64,000 nt of DNA from Octopus vulgaris (lineage: Eukaryota), in NCBI GenBank assembly GCA_951406725.2, contig CATOCA020000001.1:4092001-4156000 (forward strand). The letters are read 5' to 3'. Made by a program: the position numbers and the translations under genes. Position 1 is the first letter of the stretch; each line of letters starts with the position of its first letter. The notes below the pieces were generated by a model. The model saw only the letters and a program-made list of their open reading frames with translations, was not told where the DNA came from and ran no database searches. Positions 32,964-46,025 of the stretch are shown piece by piece.

Positions 32964-33035
32964 CAAGTTGCTGCCATTTATTCCCCAACTTCTTTGCTAC
33001 ACTATGAAGAAGTTTCTCATCCAGGTTTACAGACT
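32964..33035 (-). CDS. Death domain exon 1 (post-RING exon copy C)
   Basis: ttatttcag|AG to CTT G|gtgagt. 72 nt, phase 1-1. Encodes (E)SVNLDEKLLHSVAKKLGNKWQQL(G), matching the Death-domain start pattern L..VA..LG..W..LG. Confidence 0.8.
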
Positions 33036-34793
33036 CTGAAATAAATATTTCCAAATTTTACACGTCATAGTATAATTTCTCTGTCTCTGTTAATTGGTCT
33101 TTATTTTATAAATGTAAGTCATTCTTATCATTAATGGCCATTATTTTTATACTTCTTTCGTGGTCCCATGGAATAGCTCAATATTTACGTCCATAACCAA
33201 ACAGACTAACCTTCCTAGACTTCTCTCTATTAAGACATCCTACATTCATTATCAAGTGACGTAGCAATTATCTCGTTTATTTATCAATTGAAGAAACTGT
33301 TGTTTCCTTAGTTTTATCTTTTGTTTCTTATGTCTGTGCCAAATCTCTTACATGGTACTTTTATATCCTCCATGGATGTCATCCTTCTTAGGTTATTTCA
33401 CCCGAACCGGTCTCTCTTGATCAATCTGCTGATCAAAGGGACATCTCCATAAGAGGCACAAACAAAATTACTGATATTTTGCAAACTACAACAATTCCAA
33501 TTTCAAAATGATGCAAGTCTTTTGTGAAATTCTCTCTCATGAAACACATATTGAAATTGTTATAGCAGCCCCTCATCAGATCCTTACTCTTCTCTCATAT
33601 TTAAAAGAAGTTCATTGCGTTCATCAACACTTGATTGGAGATATTTACTGCTTGATAGAGGGCCAAAAGCATTAACTAGCTCAAGCCATAACACATTCGA
33701 ATTCCTTAATTTCCCTTTGTGTTTTCTATCGAGTCCCAAACTGAAAATCCATGTTCTACATACAGGGGTTCTGGAGATGCCAGCCTTCCGGATATTTCAT
33801 CTTACATAATCATTATTTTGTAGATATATAGCTGATCTCTTAGCAAGTACAGCCTTGTAAATCTTGCCATTCAAGATTGAAATTGGCTTCAATTGGTCAC
33901 TTAGTTTTGCATTAACTTACTTTGATGAATAAAATCCTTTTGTCTTGCACCATTCATTAATCAGTTACCCTTTATCCCACAACTCTCTAAATAGTAATTA
34001 ATGCTTATAACAACTGGGCACAACATTTGTACACATTCTATGGTACACAATCACCTCCCGTTGCAATCACCGGGCTTGCCTTCTTCACTAAGCTTTATAC
34101 TTGGTTCTTGCTGAAATCGCAAAGCTGAAATATTTGATTACTGGTTTCATTGGACATTTCAAACCAAACATGAGCAGGAATGTTAGTACTGTAAGAAGCG
34201 TTCTTAAGGAGCTGCAATTTAAAGTGTTCACTATCCTTTCCTTTTGCAACCCGTCCGATGTCTCTTTGAATGTATTTGATTGTATTGTATCATACAGCCT
34301 CTATGAAGTTTGAAGAAAGGGAAAGAGACAACGGTTTTCTGAGCAGCAAACCAACGTCTTCCACTTGAATAAAGACAATGTTTACTGGATGCAATGATAG
34401 ATTTATTATCAGTGAAAAATGACAGGGTGTTCATATTTGGAACGCATTTCATTGTAAGTCTGCCAGATTATGAGAGACATCAGCTAAAATAACAACAATA
34501 ACTTGTCAGTAAACATTTAAAAAATATTAAACAAACAAAACCTTTGTCATTACCTCACCTGTTAAACCACAACATATATTATTTGGCTGCTCCAAAAGAG
34601 AACCTGAAATCTATTTTGCTTCTAATTTATCCATTTCACCAACCGTGCTAACCTGATTGAATACTTTATTAAATGTCAATAGTATCGATATGTTAAATAG
34701 TTTACTGCTGAAACTTCCCATTGAAAGGTAAGAATGGAAGCTGATCTTTATCATTCTGATATCAAAATAAGCAGAGGATATACTTTACAGAAA

Positions 34794-34873
34794 TCAATCT
34801 AGTGCTGTTATTTTATACTCAGCAACAGGCTCTGCCAGTGTCTGTGTTTCTTTGTCTTCAAATGTTCGATTCT
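34794..34873 (-). CDS. Post-RING exon copy B (candidate alternative terminal exon or decayed cassette)
   Basis: Acceptor ttatttcag|AG, phase 1. Encodes (E)NRTFEDKETQTLAEPVAEYKITALD*, the same length as copy A. The donor position reads CTGAGT. Confidence 0.45.
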
Positions 34874-34924
34874 CTGAAATAAATATTTCCAAGTTTCAAA
34901 CGTTATAGTAAAATGTCCTCACAT

Positions 34925-37045
34925 GTACTTTTTTCCCCAGAACATGGAGAAATATGCCACTCTGCTGCAAGTCCATGATCATTCTGATGATTAAAGAGAT
35001 TTGTTTGATGTCTCTAGTTCTTGTATTGGTCGGCTGCTCCGTCACTGAAGTACAGGAGATGGTTTATGAACGGAAGTTCTGTCTTTATATGCGATATCAC
35101 TCTCGAAATAAAAGCATGCACTATGGGGTTGTCATGTTTCAAAAGAGAAGATATGACACAGATTGAAGTGCATTGTGGGTTTGAACCAGTCTTATAGTAG
35201 ATCGCGAATGGATGAATATTTTCCTGGGATTTGTTCCGATGAAACCCTTGCAGGGCGTCCTGTACTACAAAGCTATAATTTTCTGTAAAGTCCAACAATA
35301 CTATTGCTTCACTTGATGTCAGGTCATCTTTTTGATGATTAAGGAAATAAGATTGAGCCTCTGCTATGAAATGATGTTGTTGTAGAGATTCAAACCCACT
35401 TTCAGCGGTTTGAATGAAGACATTCACTGGGGAAGTGAGTCATAAAGGAGGAGCTGACCAGTCCACATGTGCCAACTGTTTGTGCGTTACTAAACCTCCA
35501 AGTGAATAAAATACGTCTAATAAACGTTGTTCAAAAGGACAGGACTCACATAGGAGCAACATACAATCTCGATCGCTCACGGAAGAGACCATTTTGCCAA
35601 GCAAGTCTCTGTAGTCGTGACTACCAGGAATGGCAGCGGCGATACGTTTTGCATGTTGGTGATTCTCACAGACACATACTGAATGCATACCTGAGGTAGT
35701 AACTTGAACACAGCATTTTGGTTGCAAGTCACAAAGAAGCGAATATTCCTCCGACTCATACAATTGTATTATCCGTTCATTTCAGTTGATTTTCATAAAA
35801 CTTACAAAAATCTACCTTATTATATTCAGCGTTTTCCTTGTATTCCACACAAAACTTCTGAAGATTCTCAAGCAATGGCTATTTTAGTCGGTGGACTTTT
35901 AATCCGTTCTCAATTACAGTAACAATTTCCTTTTTAGCTGGACAAACACGTGAATATTCCTCCGATTCTGACGTCCCGGGACGTACCTTTCCTTGGGTCA
36001 GGATGAACCAAAATAGCCTCTTCTTTGCTCCGTTGCTGTGATTTCCGCACCATATGATCACTTACATCAAAGGTTCCAGTAAATTATTTCCGTGACCAAA
36101 TTACTGGCACAAAGGTTAACGAATGCGCATTGTTGCCTCTTCGAAATTTATATTCAATGTTGCCAAAATACGGTGTAAAATAGAATGCAAAATGCTTACC
36201 ATACATTTCTGTATTGATGGGTGTCAATATTTTGGATTTAGAGGACTATTGCGCATACACACCAAAAGTGTGCGGGTGAATGTCACTAGGGGGTATGAAA
36301 TTCATTACAAATAATGAAGGTGTGTGTATGCATGAATCTATTAGAGGGCACCATATGCGCACCATCGGACTTGATCCAATTATTTTCCATATCATTTGGA
36401 AAGTGAATGAACTACCGAGGAGGAGATGAGAAAATAAATTGAATGTTTGAACGAATACAGTTTGGATAAATGCATTCCTGGAGTCCAAGTTACATTCCCT
36501 TGTTTAATTGTTCACATGGTGAAGTGTAGGAATCGAAAATTGTCAACAATGTTATTTTTTCACCCTGAGCCATTTTCCGGAGTCTCTAAATGTTATATTA
36601 TGCCTTCAGCATTATCAGTATGCTTAATATGGACAGATCAATCCTCAAAGCGAAAAAACACACCACATGTTTTCTTGTATTACATCATGTCCCAATGGGG
36701 GTCCCTTGAATATTGATATGTTAAAAACTTTCTGCCCATGAAAATGTTCTTATTTGAAAGGCCAATACCGTTAATATGGAGGAAGATAATAGAGGAATTC
36801 TGATAGCAGATTCTGGCCGATCTGATTGCAGATTACACGCTGTAGCCAATTTCAGACAAATATGAATAGTTTTAAAAGCGTTCAGTACCAAAATCGTATA
36901 AATTGACATTCGCGCTCCACGAGGGGTGTGGCCCCCAATGTTTTGTAGGGCATGTCATTGAAACCCTTAATGGTTGAACACTAAAATTATACATGTGTTC
37001 CTTATGCATATAGAGGTATTACCAAAACCTATCTTAGTCTGTCAA
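34925..37045 (-). mobile_element. Degenerate Sola2-like DNA transposon
   Basis: CDLQPKCC...SGMHSVCVCENHQH, HHFIAEAQSYF, LDFTENYSFVVQD...IHPF...CVISSLLKHD and YFSDGAADQYKN are Sola2-type transposase motifs. One TIR at ~36895-37045; the other end is truncated. Confidence 0.75.
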
Positions 37046-37469
37046 GCGAAAAGTCTCTTCCTTTTAAATTTTGTTTGAATTCATATGGAATACTCCTAAT
37101 GTAAAAATATTGGCTGCGAGAAATGGAAACAATATATTTATTGACAATTGTGTCTACAAGATGGTTCTACTTGAAAGCAAAATATGTTTTTAAGCAAGCT
37201 TTACACAATGGAATTACACATTTCATTTTTGGAAGAATTTCACATGATTTTAATCTTGTCTATACAGCAGAGGAAGTGTCTAGGGAGATGATGGGACTTA
37301 CAACAACAACATCAACAAATGAAATTACAAATTGTATCGTTATTTCCGCAGTTAATCTCTAACAACAAGGGAGACAAACTAAGAAAGGGATTTCCATGTA
37401 GTAGAGAGATCTGCTAGAATTAGTAGCCGAAACCTACTCAGTTCACAACTTATCACCTTAAAGAAGGAC

Positions 37470-37830
37470 TTTAGTTGCCAGCAGAGGCAGAATCTCTCTG
37501 CACTTTACCCAGCTATTCTTACTCTAGTCGCTACACGCTCAGAGCAACCACCCCACTACAGACTTGATCCCCTAGGTAGCAGAAGCTATTAACTATTAGT
37601 TTCTTTCCTTGACAAGTGATGGAATCTGTTTTCTGTACATCTACAGTGTTTATTGCCCCAGAGCATCTGCCACTTACAAAATATATTTTCCTGGTTAACC
37701 TTCCTTTGATATAGCTGCATTTTTTATGCGTCCATAGCTTACACCGGGTACATCGTGTGGAGTTTCTACCCCTTTCCATTTCTACAGATAGAGCAGGGCC
37801 ATCTACCTGGAAGGGGTTGTAATTTTCAGT
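37470..37830 (-). mobile_element. RTE-type LINE fragment
   Basis: GRNSTRCTRCKLWTHKKCS...SFCYLGDQVCSG matches the element at 43.9-46.0 kb. Confidence 0.8.
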
Positions 37831-39041
37831 TCTGATTGTAATTTTCAGTTCTGGCATCGACTCGACTATTAGACCAAGGTCATCAGAACAGAGGAGCTCC
37901 CAGGGGCAACCTGTCTTGGAATTTCCCTGTTATTGCCTGGAGGACTATAATGAATAAGAGCGGGCTGAGGACTGATCGTTGTGGAACCCTGATGTGTATT
38001 TGTAAATTGGAATGTTTCACAGAGTATAGAGGATGTATGAAAACTGTTAAGAAATGAAGTGAGCATACTTCAGAAGAAGTGTAATATTATTGTGCTGAAG
38101 CCCCGGAGCAGCAGAGATGAGCTGGAAGCAAAACTAGGGTTTAGAAGATTTAGTGCACAAGAGAGGAGATGTAGAGATATGGGAGGAGTATGGAAGATAA
38201 AAGTTAGATAAAGAAGGGCCAGGAGATCCAAGTAGAAGGGAACAAGACGTTAAACCTGACAAAGGACAACAGATGTGGGAGTAGTCAAATTTGAATGCAA
38301 CAAACACTCAGAAAACTGTGCCTCTTTTAGCATTAATATCATCTAAACTCTAATAAATGTGAGAAAAGAATGGTTTTATGGATGGTAAATGTTGTTCAAA
38401 CAATGTGATAAATGTTTATTATATATAGTTACAAATAAGGATTTGTGTGTTCAAGTCACACAGGGAACTCATGTTTTATTCCTATCTTTATATTTTATGT
38501 CAACACCAATATTTTGTTAAATGTAAACAGGTGTTCACGGTTCAATATTTAATTCAACATTTAATAAAATTAAAATTAAATTCATGATGAATATTCTTAT
38601 TCAGAGTTAATATTTAATTATAATTTTCTAATTTGCAACTACAAAATGTATTCTAACCAGAGACATTCATGGTACACAACCCCAGAAAATACAACATATT
38701 ACGACAGACATCTGGCTACATAACAACATCAAGAATAACCTATCAGAAAACTTACGAAAGATCTTAGTAGAAAAACAAACAACTATCTTATTAACTCACA
38801 AGTTTACACCTAAAAAAAAAATAAATTATAGTTCCCTCTTCCAGAAGACAATATTAACTCTATTGTGGCTTTTAATTTATCCATTTTACCAAACATGTTA
38901 ACCATGACTTTATGAAATTTCAGTAATATTTTTAATACAATTACTTTAGAGCTAACCTTTCAAATGGAAATTAGAAATGGGATCTGTTCTCCACCATTCT
39001 AATAAGCAAAATAGCTGAGGTGAATGTAAAATCTATAGAAA

Positions 39042-39121
39042 TTAATTAAGATCTCTAATTTTAAACTCATCAACTGTCTCTGCCACAGTCTGCACTCCCT
39101 TCTCTTCAAACTTTGGACTCT
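39042..39121 (-). CDS. Post-RING exon copy A (candidate alternative terminal exon or decayed cassette)
   Basis: Acceptor atatttcag|AG, phase 1. Encodes (E)SPKFEEKGVQTVAETVDEFKIRDLN*. The position homologous to the copy C donor reads ATGAGT instead of GTGAGT. Confidence 0.55.
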
Positions 39122-40257
39122 CTGAAATATGTGTTTCCAAGTTTTATATTTATTTATAGCACAATCCCTTTATATTTATTAATAATCTATATTTTATTAA
39201 TGAGAAACATTCATACCATCAATGGCCAACCAGCGATCATAATTGTTTTGGTCAATATTTTCATACTTTCAACAGTGGACCCATGTAATAGCCAATATTT
39301 AGCTCCAAAATGAACTCTAGTTGATCTTTGTAAATTTCCTCTCTCTGTTAAGATATCCTACATAATCTAACAATGTCGTAATTATATCACTTAATTATCA
39401 CCTAATAACAGTTAATCTGTATGTTTTGGTTTCCTTGCTTATATCTATGCCTAATCTATTGCATTTTCAAAACCCTGATCTTCACTAACAACCTGTTTGA
39501 TTCCAGTGTCAACAAATTTATTCATCAAAGATATAACAACAAACACACATCACAACCACTTCAAGAAGGTAATACATACACCTAATCTTTTTGTTAAACA
39601 TTGTTGCTGATAATCCCTAATTTTAACTTCACAGTTCACCAGAATGTCATCTCATTCAGGATATATTTGAAGGTTTCATGATCTGGTTGGAATGTGACAC
39701 TCAAGTCAGAACCAAAACCTAAATTTGAGAGACGGACAAAACAGTGTCTCTGTTAGCCTTGATATCACCCAAAGACCAACACAGCAACATGGAGTTGCGT
39801 GTTGAAGTCTCAAACACAGGTGACACATACATTTTACTCCTTTAAAATATTCTACTAATTTTAATACTTTACCAAAGATGACACTGATGTCCTTGTAAGT
39901 ACTGTTGTATTTACTTATCTTCTAATAACTCATAATTAATTATAGAGTTGATGGAGATTTATTGATACTTCAGTTACTCACTAATTATCTTGCAGAATCC
40001 TCCATTATTTTTATGTTGCAGACTACAACCCTCTTGAAGTGTGGCATGTTTCCTACTTGGATAAGGTCAATGTTTAGTGGATGTAGTGTGAGAGATATAC
40101 TATTACAGAGAACAGACACTAGGAACACCTTTTATCATAAATCTGCCAGATTATGGCAGACCTCTGTCTACATAACAACATGAAGTATATTATTCTACAC
40201 AATAAGGGCAATGGGACAAGCAGGACAAACAGACAGATCAGCAAAGAATATTCTTAC

Positions 40258-40397
40258 CAACTCGACCTCTGCTTGTTACAGGTTTTAAACACTTCAGACA
40301 TTGTTGAAGTGGAAAGTTTGAACATCCCTTACATATTACAAGGTGTCCACATGGATGGACTTTTGTTGTGGCCGCTTTATTTCTGCACCACAAACAT
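40258..40397 (-). CDS. C3HC4 RING-finger exon (MIB/IAP-type)
   Basis: ...tttgtccacag|A TGT to GTT G|gtaaga. 140 nt, phase 2 to 1. Encodes CLWCRNKAATTKVHPCGHLVICKGCSNFPLQQCLKCLKPVTSRGRV with all 8 zinc ligands. Confidence 0.9.
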
Positions 40398-41199
40398 CTG
40401 TGGACAAAACAGAAATATCCAATCAATAACATTCATTTATAACAAATATTACATTATTTACATGTTCGGAATAGAGATTATTATAAGATACATCAGTAAC
40501 TACCAAGAGTAGAGCAGAAACTCTTCTTTAAACAATTACATACATACAGCATTTTGTGTAGTTAAATGACGCAGAAACACACACACACACACACACACAT
40601 ACAAGTATACACACTCATGCATACATACATTGATAAATGTTTGTCTTGACCCTCATACATCAAAGAAATTGGTTGACACACAGTGAACTGCATATATTCC
40701 AGAAATATATTTCACTTCTAACGTCGAACTCATTTCTTCTGAACAAATATATCTACACAGGTTTCTTTATAGACACATATTTTATTATATACACTTTATT
40801 ATATACATCCCGTCTCCACAGATTAGCAGATGAGGTGTCCAATACTGAGGAGTGGCAGGAATAGCCTGAAACCAGACCTGGTCTGCTGGTCCTGTTGCTA
40901 TAAGATGGTAGGGGTTCGATCCCCCGCTCGCAATTAATCGGATGCACCTCTGCATCGTTAATTACTTACAGGAGTTGTTCTCTTGGGGTTAAACATTCGC
41001 AGTAGAGTCCATTCGAACAGATACTCATGTTGGCGTGCCTACAAATATTACTCATATATATTTTCGTCCAACCCGTGCTAGCACGGAAAACCTATGATAA
41101 ACGTATATATATATATATATATGTATGTATGCATGATAGGTTTCGGCCAGTATTAGCGCAGGTCATGTTTAACGTAATCCCACTACCGGGCGAATCAGG

Positions 41200-41600
41200 A
41201 TGCGGACAACATGACCCACTCGATGAGAGAGTTGCTGTTTACGGGGACATATACTGGTGTTGGAGGTTTATCCGGGATTTCTTGAAGGATTTTTCCAAAT
41301 ACTCTTGAACTTTATGGGGGTCTTTTTCTGCTTTAATGTATTTTGGTGTAATGCTAAATGGAGCGGGTCCACTTGAGGTGAAATAATTTTGCCGTATTGT
41401 TGTTATGTGATGCGAGTTTGATTTATGCTGTGGGCAGATAATACGGGGCCCAGGCTTTGGGTATATCTTAAAGCTGATGCCAACATCATTTGGGCAATGC
41501 TAATGAGATATTTTCCACCATGATTTTGAGAGGCTTTATTATATGTATCGTGCATGTAGTTCTAGTTTTCTGTCCCTTATTTTGCCCCTTTCCAATAATA
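41200..41600 (-). mobile_element. Possible 3' remnant of a CR1-type LINE
   Basis: Minus-strand fragments FTSSGPAPFSITPKYIK and ILQEIPDKPPTP...NSNSLIEW resemble the C-terminus of the LINE at 56.9-58.7 kb (GPQLFNILPK...FLSRVPDEP...NSILHQ). Confidence 0.45.
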
Positions 41601-41617
41601 TCAGCTGCGCTCTGTAG

Positions 41618-41864
<247 letters not shown>

Positions 41865-42129
41865 TTCACATAAACGATTATTTGTAAAAGCAAATAAAAT
41901 CTTCTGAAGCTTGTCAATTGAATAAAGCAAAACAATATTTATACAGTCCAAAAATCAATATCTATAAACAATATCTGAATTTCAACAGACAAAGAAAGTT
42001 TTGTATATTCACTGAGGGGGAAATGTGTCTGCTTCTTAAGTAGCTAATACAGAGAGATGTATGGCAAAGAAATTGCCAAATCTTATAAAATACGGGAGTG
42101 AAAGGCGACTAAAACACCTAGTAATGGTA

Positions 42130-43417
42130 CGAGGAGCGTTCAATAAGTAATGCCCCTGACTCACTTCCCATTGCAGTAGAGCAACGAAACTTAGCACAGT
42201 TATTAGTATTTTTCTACATAGGAATCACCCAGAGTTACGCATTTCTCCCATTGTTTGATGCAGCTCTGAAGACCGTTTTTGTAGAAGACCCCAGCTTGGT
42301 ACTCCAACCACGACGTGACTTCAGAAATCAAGGCTGCATCATCTAGGAAACGCTTTCCTTTCAGAAACAACTTCATGGCTGAGAAGAGGTGAAAATCAGA
42401 GGGTTCAAGGTCAGGGAGAGGGGGATGGAGGAGGAGTTCATAGCCGCACGCCTGTGCTTCTGATCTGGCGACACGCGAGTTGTGGACCGGAGCGTTGTCC
42501 TGCAGGAGGAGAATGCCTTTTCTGATCTTGACCCGCCTCTTGATTTTGATAGCTTCTCTTAATTTCCTCAAAAGTGAAGCATAATAGGCTCCTGTAATTG
42601 TGGTACCCTTTGCCGGGAAATCTGTCATCACTACTCCGTCCTGGTCCCAGAAGACTGAGCATGTCCTTGCCAGCGAAGGGCTGCACCCTTGCCTACTTTG
42701 GAGGAGGTGAGTCACGGTGCTTCCACTGCATTGACTGGGCTTTGGTCTCTGGATCATAGTGATGGACCCAGGTTTCATCCTGTGTAATCAGTCTTTTGAA
42801 AAATTTTGACTCATCTTCTTGGCACATCTCCAAATTCATCCTCGAGCACTCGACGCGTTCTTGCTTCTGGAAAGGTGCGAGCAACCTGGGAATCCACCTG
42901 GCAGACACCTTTTGCATATGCAAATGGTCATGAATGATAGTTTCCACAGACCCGGTACTAATCTTGACCTGATGGGCTATTTGGCGAATTGTTATGCGTC
43001 GATCTTCCAAAATGGCAGCCTCAGCTTGACGGACAGATGCCTCATCAATGACCGAAGGGGGGCGACCAGATCTGGGAGCTGTTTCCACAGAGTTCCGACC
43101 ATGTTAGAATTCACGATGCCAGGGTTTTACAAGGTCATATGATGGTGCATCATCACCATAAGTTACTTTCATTTCATCAAAAGTCTCCCGTGGTGTGCGT
43201 CCTTTCAAATACAAAAACCGGATCACTGCTCGACACTCAACCGGCTCCATTTCACACTTGACTCAGTTCAAACACCTGTAAATCAGAAACCACAATTATT
43301 TCAGAGCTGTAATTTGCCACTTAATCTATAGAGATATAAATAATTGCACAGTCAAAATTTCAGCTAGATCAACCAACTGCAAGTGGGTAAGAGGCACTAC
43401 TTATTGAACGTCCCTCG
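42130..43417 (-). mobile_element. Full-length mariner (Tc1/mariner) transposon, inactivated
   Basis: 1288 bp. TIRs CGAGGAGCGTTCAATAAGTAATGCC and GGCACTACTTATTGAACGTCCCTCG, with TA on both sides. Confidence 0.95.
42203..43250 (-). pseudogene. Mariner transposase pseudogene
   Basis: ATG at 43250 (MEPVECRAVIRFLYLKG). Motifs PRSGRP, WIPRLL, ITQDETW, QDNAPVH and PDLEPSDFHLF are present. There is a premature TAA at ~43105 and a frameshift near 42700. Confidence 0.9.
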
Positions 43418-43889
43418 TATATGTGTTATTTGAATTATTTACGTTTCCTGGCAGTTTTTTTTTCTATGAAGATATGTGGCGATGTTCCATCAGTATTTGC
43501 AGAAATATAATATATACACTGTTGGTGTGTGTTTGTAGGTTATTTTTCTATGAAATCATTCGTAATATTGACTGATTCGGACTTAGAAGAGTGAGAAAAA
43601 GATGTTGGTAGACAGATAAATTCCACTTAATTCTAAGTAACAGTTTCAAAATGGAATTCATTCACTTCATTATTTAGATCTATATTTTCCTATTGATCAC
43701 AAATCTTTAAAATAGGGAACGAAGAGGGGTAGGTGGGGGTGGACAGTGAAGTATAAATGTCAACACTACGAATCATGTGAATATAATCAAAATCATGTTC
43801 TTTCTTTGATCTCCTGACAACTGCATATTGTTTATTGTGTGGCCTTTGACAAAAACACTAGCGACAGTATAATGTATTGGTAGAATTAA

Positions 43890-45968
43890 TACGAAATAAA
43901 CATATAAACATGATAAAGAAAATGAATGGGATAAAGAGAGTCTGCCGAATGTTGACCCAACAGAGGGACCAGCTATCCGAGTTGATAGTTCCTTGGCAGT
44001 TAAGGCAATTAGAAGCATGAAGACAGGGAAAGCCCCAGGCCAAACAGGAATCACTGCAGAGATGCTCAAAATGTCTGGTAGTGTTGGCTATAGCCTAGTC
44101 ACCCGTATAGTTAATCAGGTGATACACAGAGGAGTCATACCCAATGACTGGTGTAGCAGCATAATAGTTAACTGCTACAAAGGTAAAGGTGATGCCCTAG
44201 ATACAAATAATTACAGAGGTATCAAGCTGTTGGATCAGGTGATGAAGGTTACAGAGAGGGTCATAAGCCAACTAATTAGAGAGAGAGTTAGTTTAGATGA
44301 GATGCAGTTTGGGTTCGTGCCAGGGAAAAGTACCACTGATGCTATATTCCTGGTAAGGCAGCTCAGGAGAAATACCTAGCCAAAGATAAGCCCCTGTACC
44401 TGGCTTTTGTTGACATGGAGAAAGCCTTTTACAGGGTCCCCCGATCCCTTATCTGGTGGTCAATGAGGAAACTAGAGATAGATGAATGGTTAGTGAGAGC
44501 TGTGCGAGCCATGTACAGGGACGCTGCTAATAAGGTGGGGGTTGGCAACGAGTACAGTGAAGAATTCCGGGTAGAGGTAGGGGTCCACCAAGGCTCAGTC
44601 CTCAGCCCCCTCCTATTTATCATAGTCCTCTAGGCAATAACGGAGGAATTCAAGACAGGATGCCCCTGGGAGCTCCTCTATGCTGATGACCTTGCTCTAA
44701 TTGCTGAGTCACTATCAGAACTGGAGGAGAAGTTCCAGGTGTGGAAACAAGGATTAGAATCGAAGGGCCTTAGAGTCAATCTAGCTAAAACCAAAGTCGT
44801 AATCAGTAGGAAGGTAGACAAATCACAAACGCCTTCAGGTAGATGGCCCTGCTCGATCTGTAGAAAAGGTGTAGGTAGAAACTCTATAAGATGCACCAAG
44901 TGTAAGCTATGGACACATAAGAGGTGCAGCAATGTCAAAGGAAGGCTAACTAGGAAGATAGTTTTTGTATGTGGCAGATGCTCAGGAACAATAAACACTG
45001 AAAATGCTCTGAGACCAACTTCCGTCACTTTCCAGGGAGAAAAACTAGAAATAGTTGATAGCTTCCGTTACCTAGGTGACCAAGTCAGCAGCGGGGGCGG
45101 GTGTGCTGAAAGTGTAACTGCTAGAGTAAGAATAGCCTGGGCAAAGTTCAGAGAGCTCTTACCTCTGCTGGTGACAAAAGGCCTCTCGCACAGAGTAAAA
45201 GGCAGACTGTATGATGCGTGTGTACGAACAGCCATGCTACATGGCAGTGAAACATGGGCCGTGACTGCTGAGGATATGCGTAAGCTCGCAAGAAATGAAG
45301 CCAGTATGCTCCGATGGATGTGTAATGTCAGTGTTCATACTCGACAGAGTGTAAGTACCTTGAGAGAAAAGTTGGACCGAAGAAGCATCAGTTGTGGTGT
45401 GCAAGAGAGACGTTTGCGCTGGTATGGGCATGTGGCGAGAATGGATGAAGATAGTTGTGTGAAAAAGTGCCACACCCTAGCGGTTGAGTGAACCTGTGGA
45501 AGAGGCAGACCCAGGAAAACCTGGGACGAAGTGGTGAAGCACGACCTTCGAACTTTAGGTCTCACTGAGGAAATGACTAGAGACCGAGACCTCTGGAAGT
45601 GTGCTGTGCGCGAGAAGACCCAGCAGGAAAGTGAGACCACAACCCTTGGCCTTCTACATGGGACGGAGCCAGCCTACGTATGCATACCTTCCCTTCTTGG
45701 AACACAAAACTCTACTTGTGAAGACCTGTTGAGGCAAGTGAAGATCAGAATCGAAATCGATCAATGGAAATTGCAGCTGAGTTACCAGTGCCGGTGTCAC
45801 GTAAGAGAACCATCCGTTCGTGACCGTTGCCAGCGCCGCCCCAACTGGCCTCGTGCCGGTGGCACGTAAAAAGCACCATCCGTTCGTGTCCGTTGCCAGC
45901 CTCGCCAGTTGAACCGTCCAACCCATGCTAGCATGGAAAGCGGACACTAAATGGTGATGATGATGATT
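43890..45968 (+). mobile_element. 5'-truncated RTE-clade LINE (reverse transcriptase with embedded Cys/His finger)
   Basis: KAPG, NYRGIKLL, QFGFVPGKSTTDAIF, DMEKAF, GVHQGSVLSPLLF, LLYADD and RRLRWYGHV..M are present, with a (GAT)n tail. One frameshift (~44370) and in-frame stops (44631, 45489). Confidence 0.95.
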
Positions 45969-46025
45969 ATATACAAAATAGAAAATGTACAGGTTTATCT
46001 TTTTTCATTGCTAGGAGATACTTAC

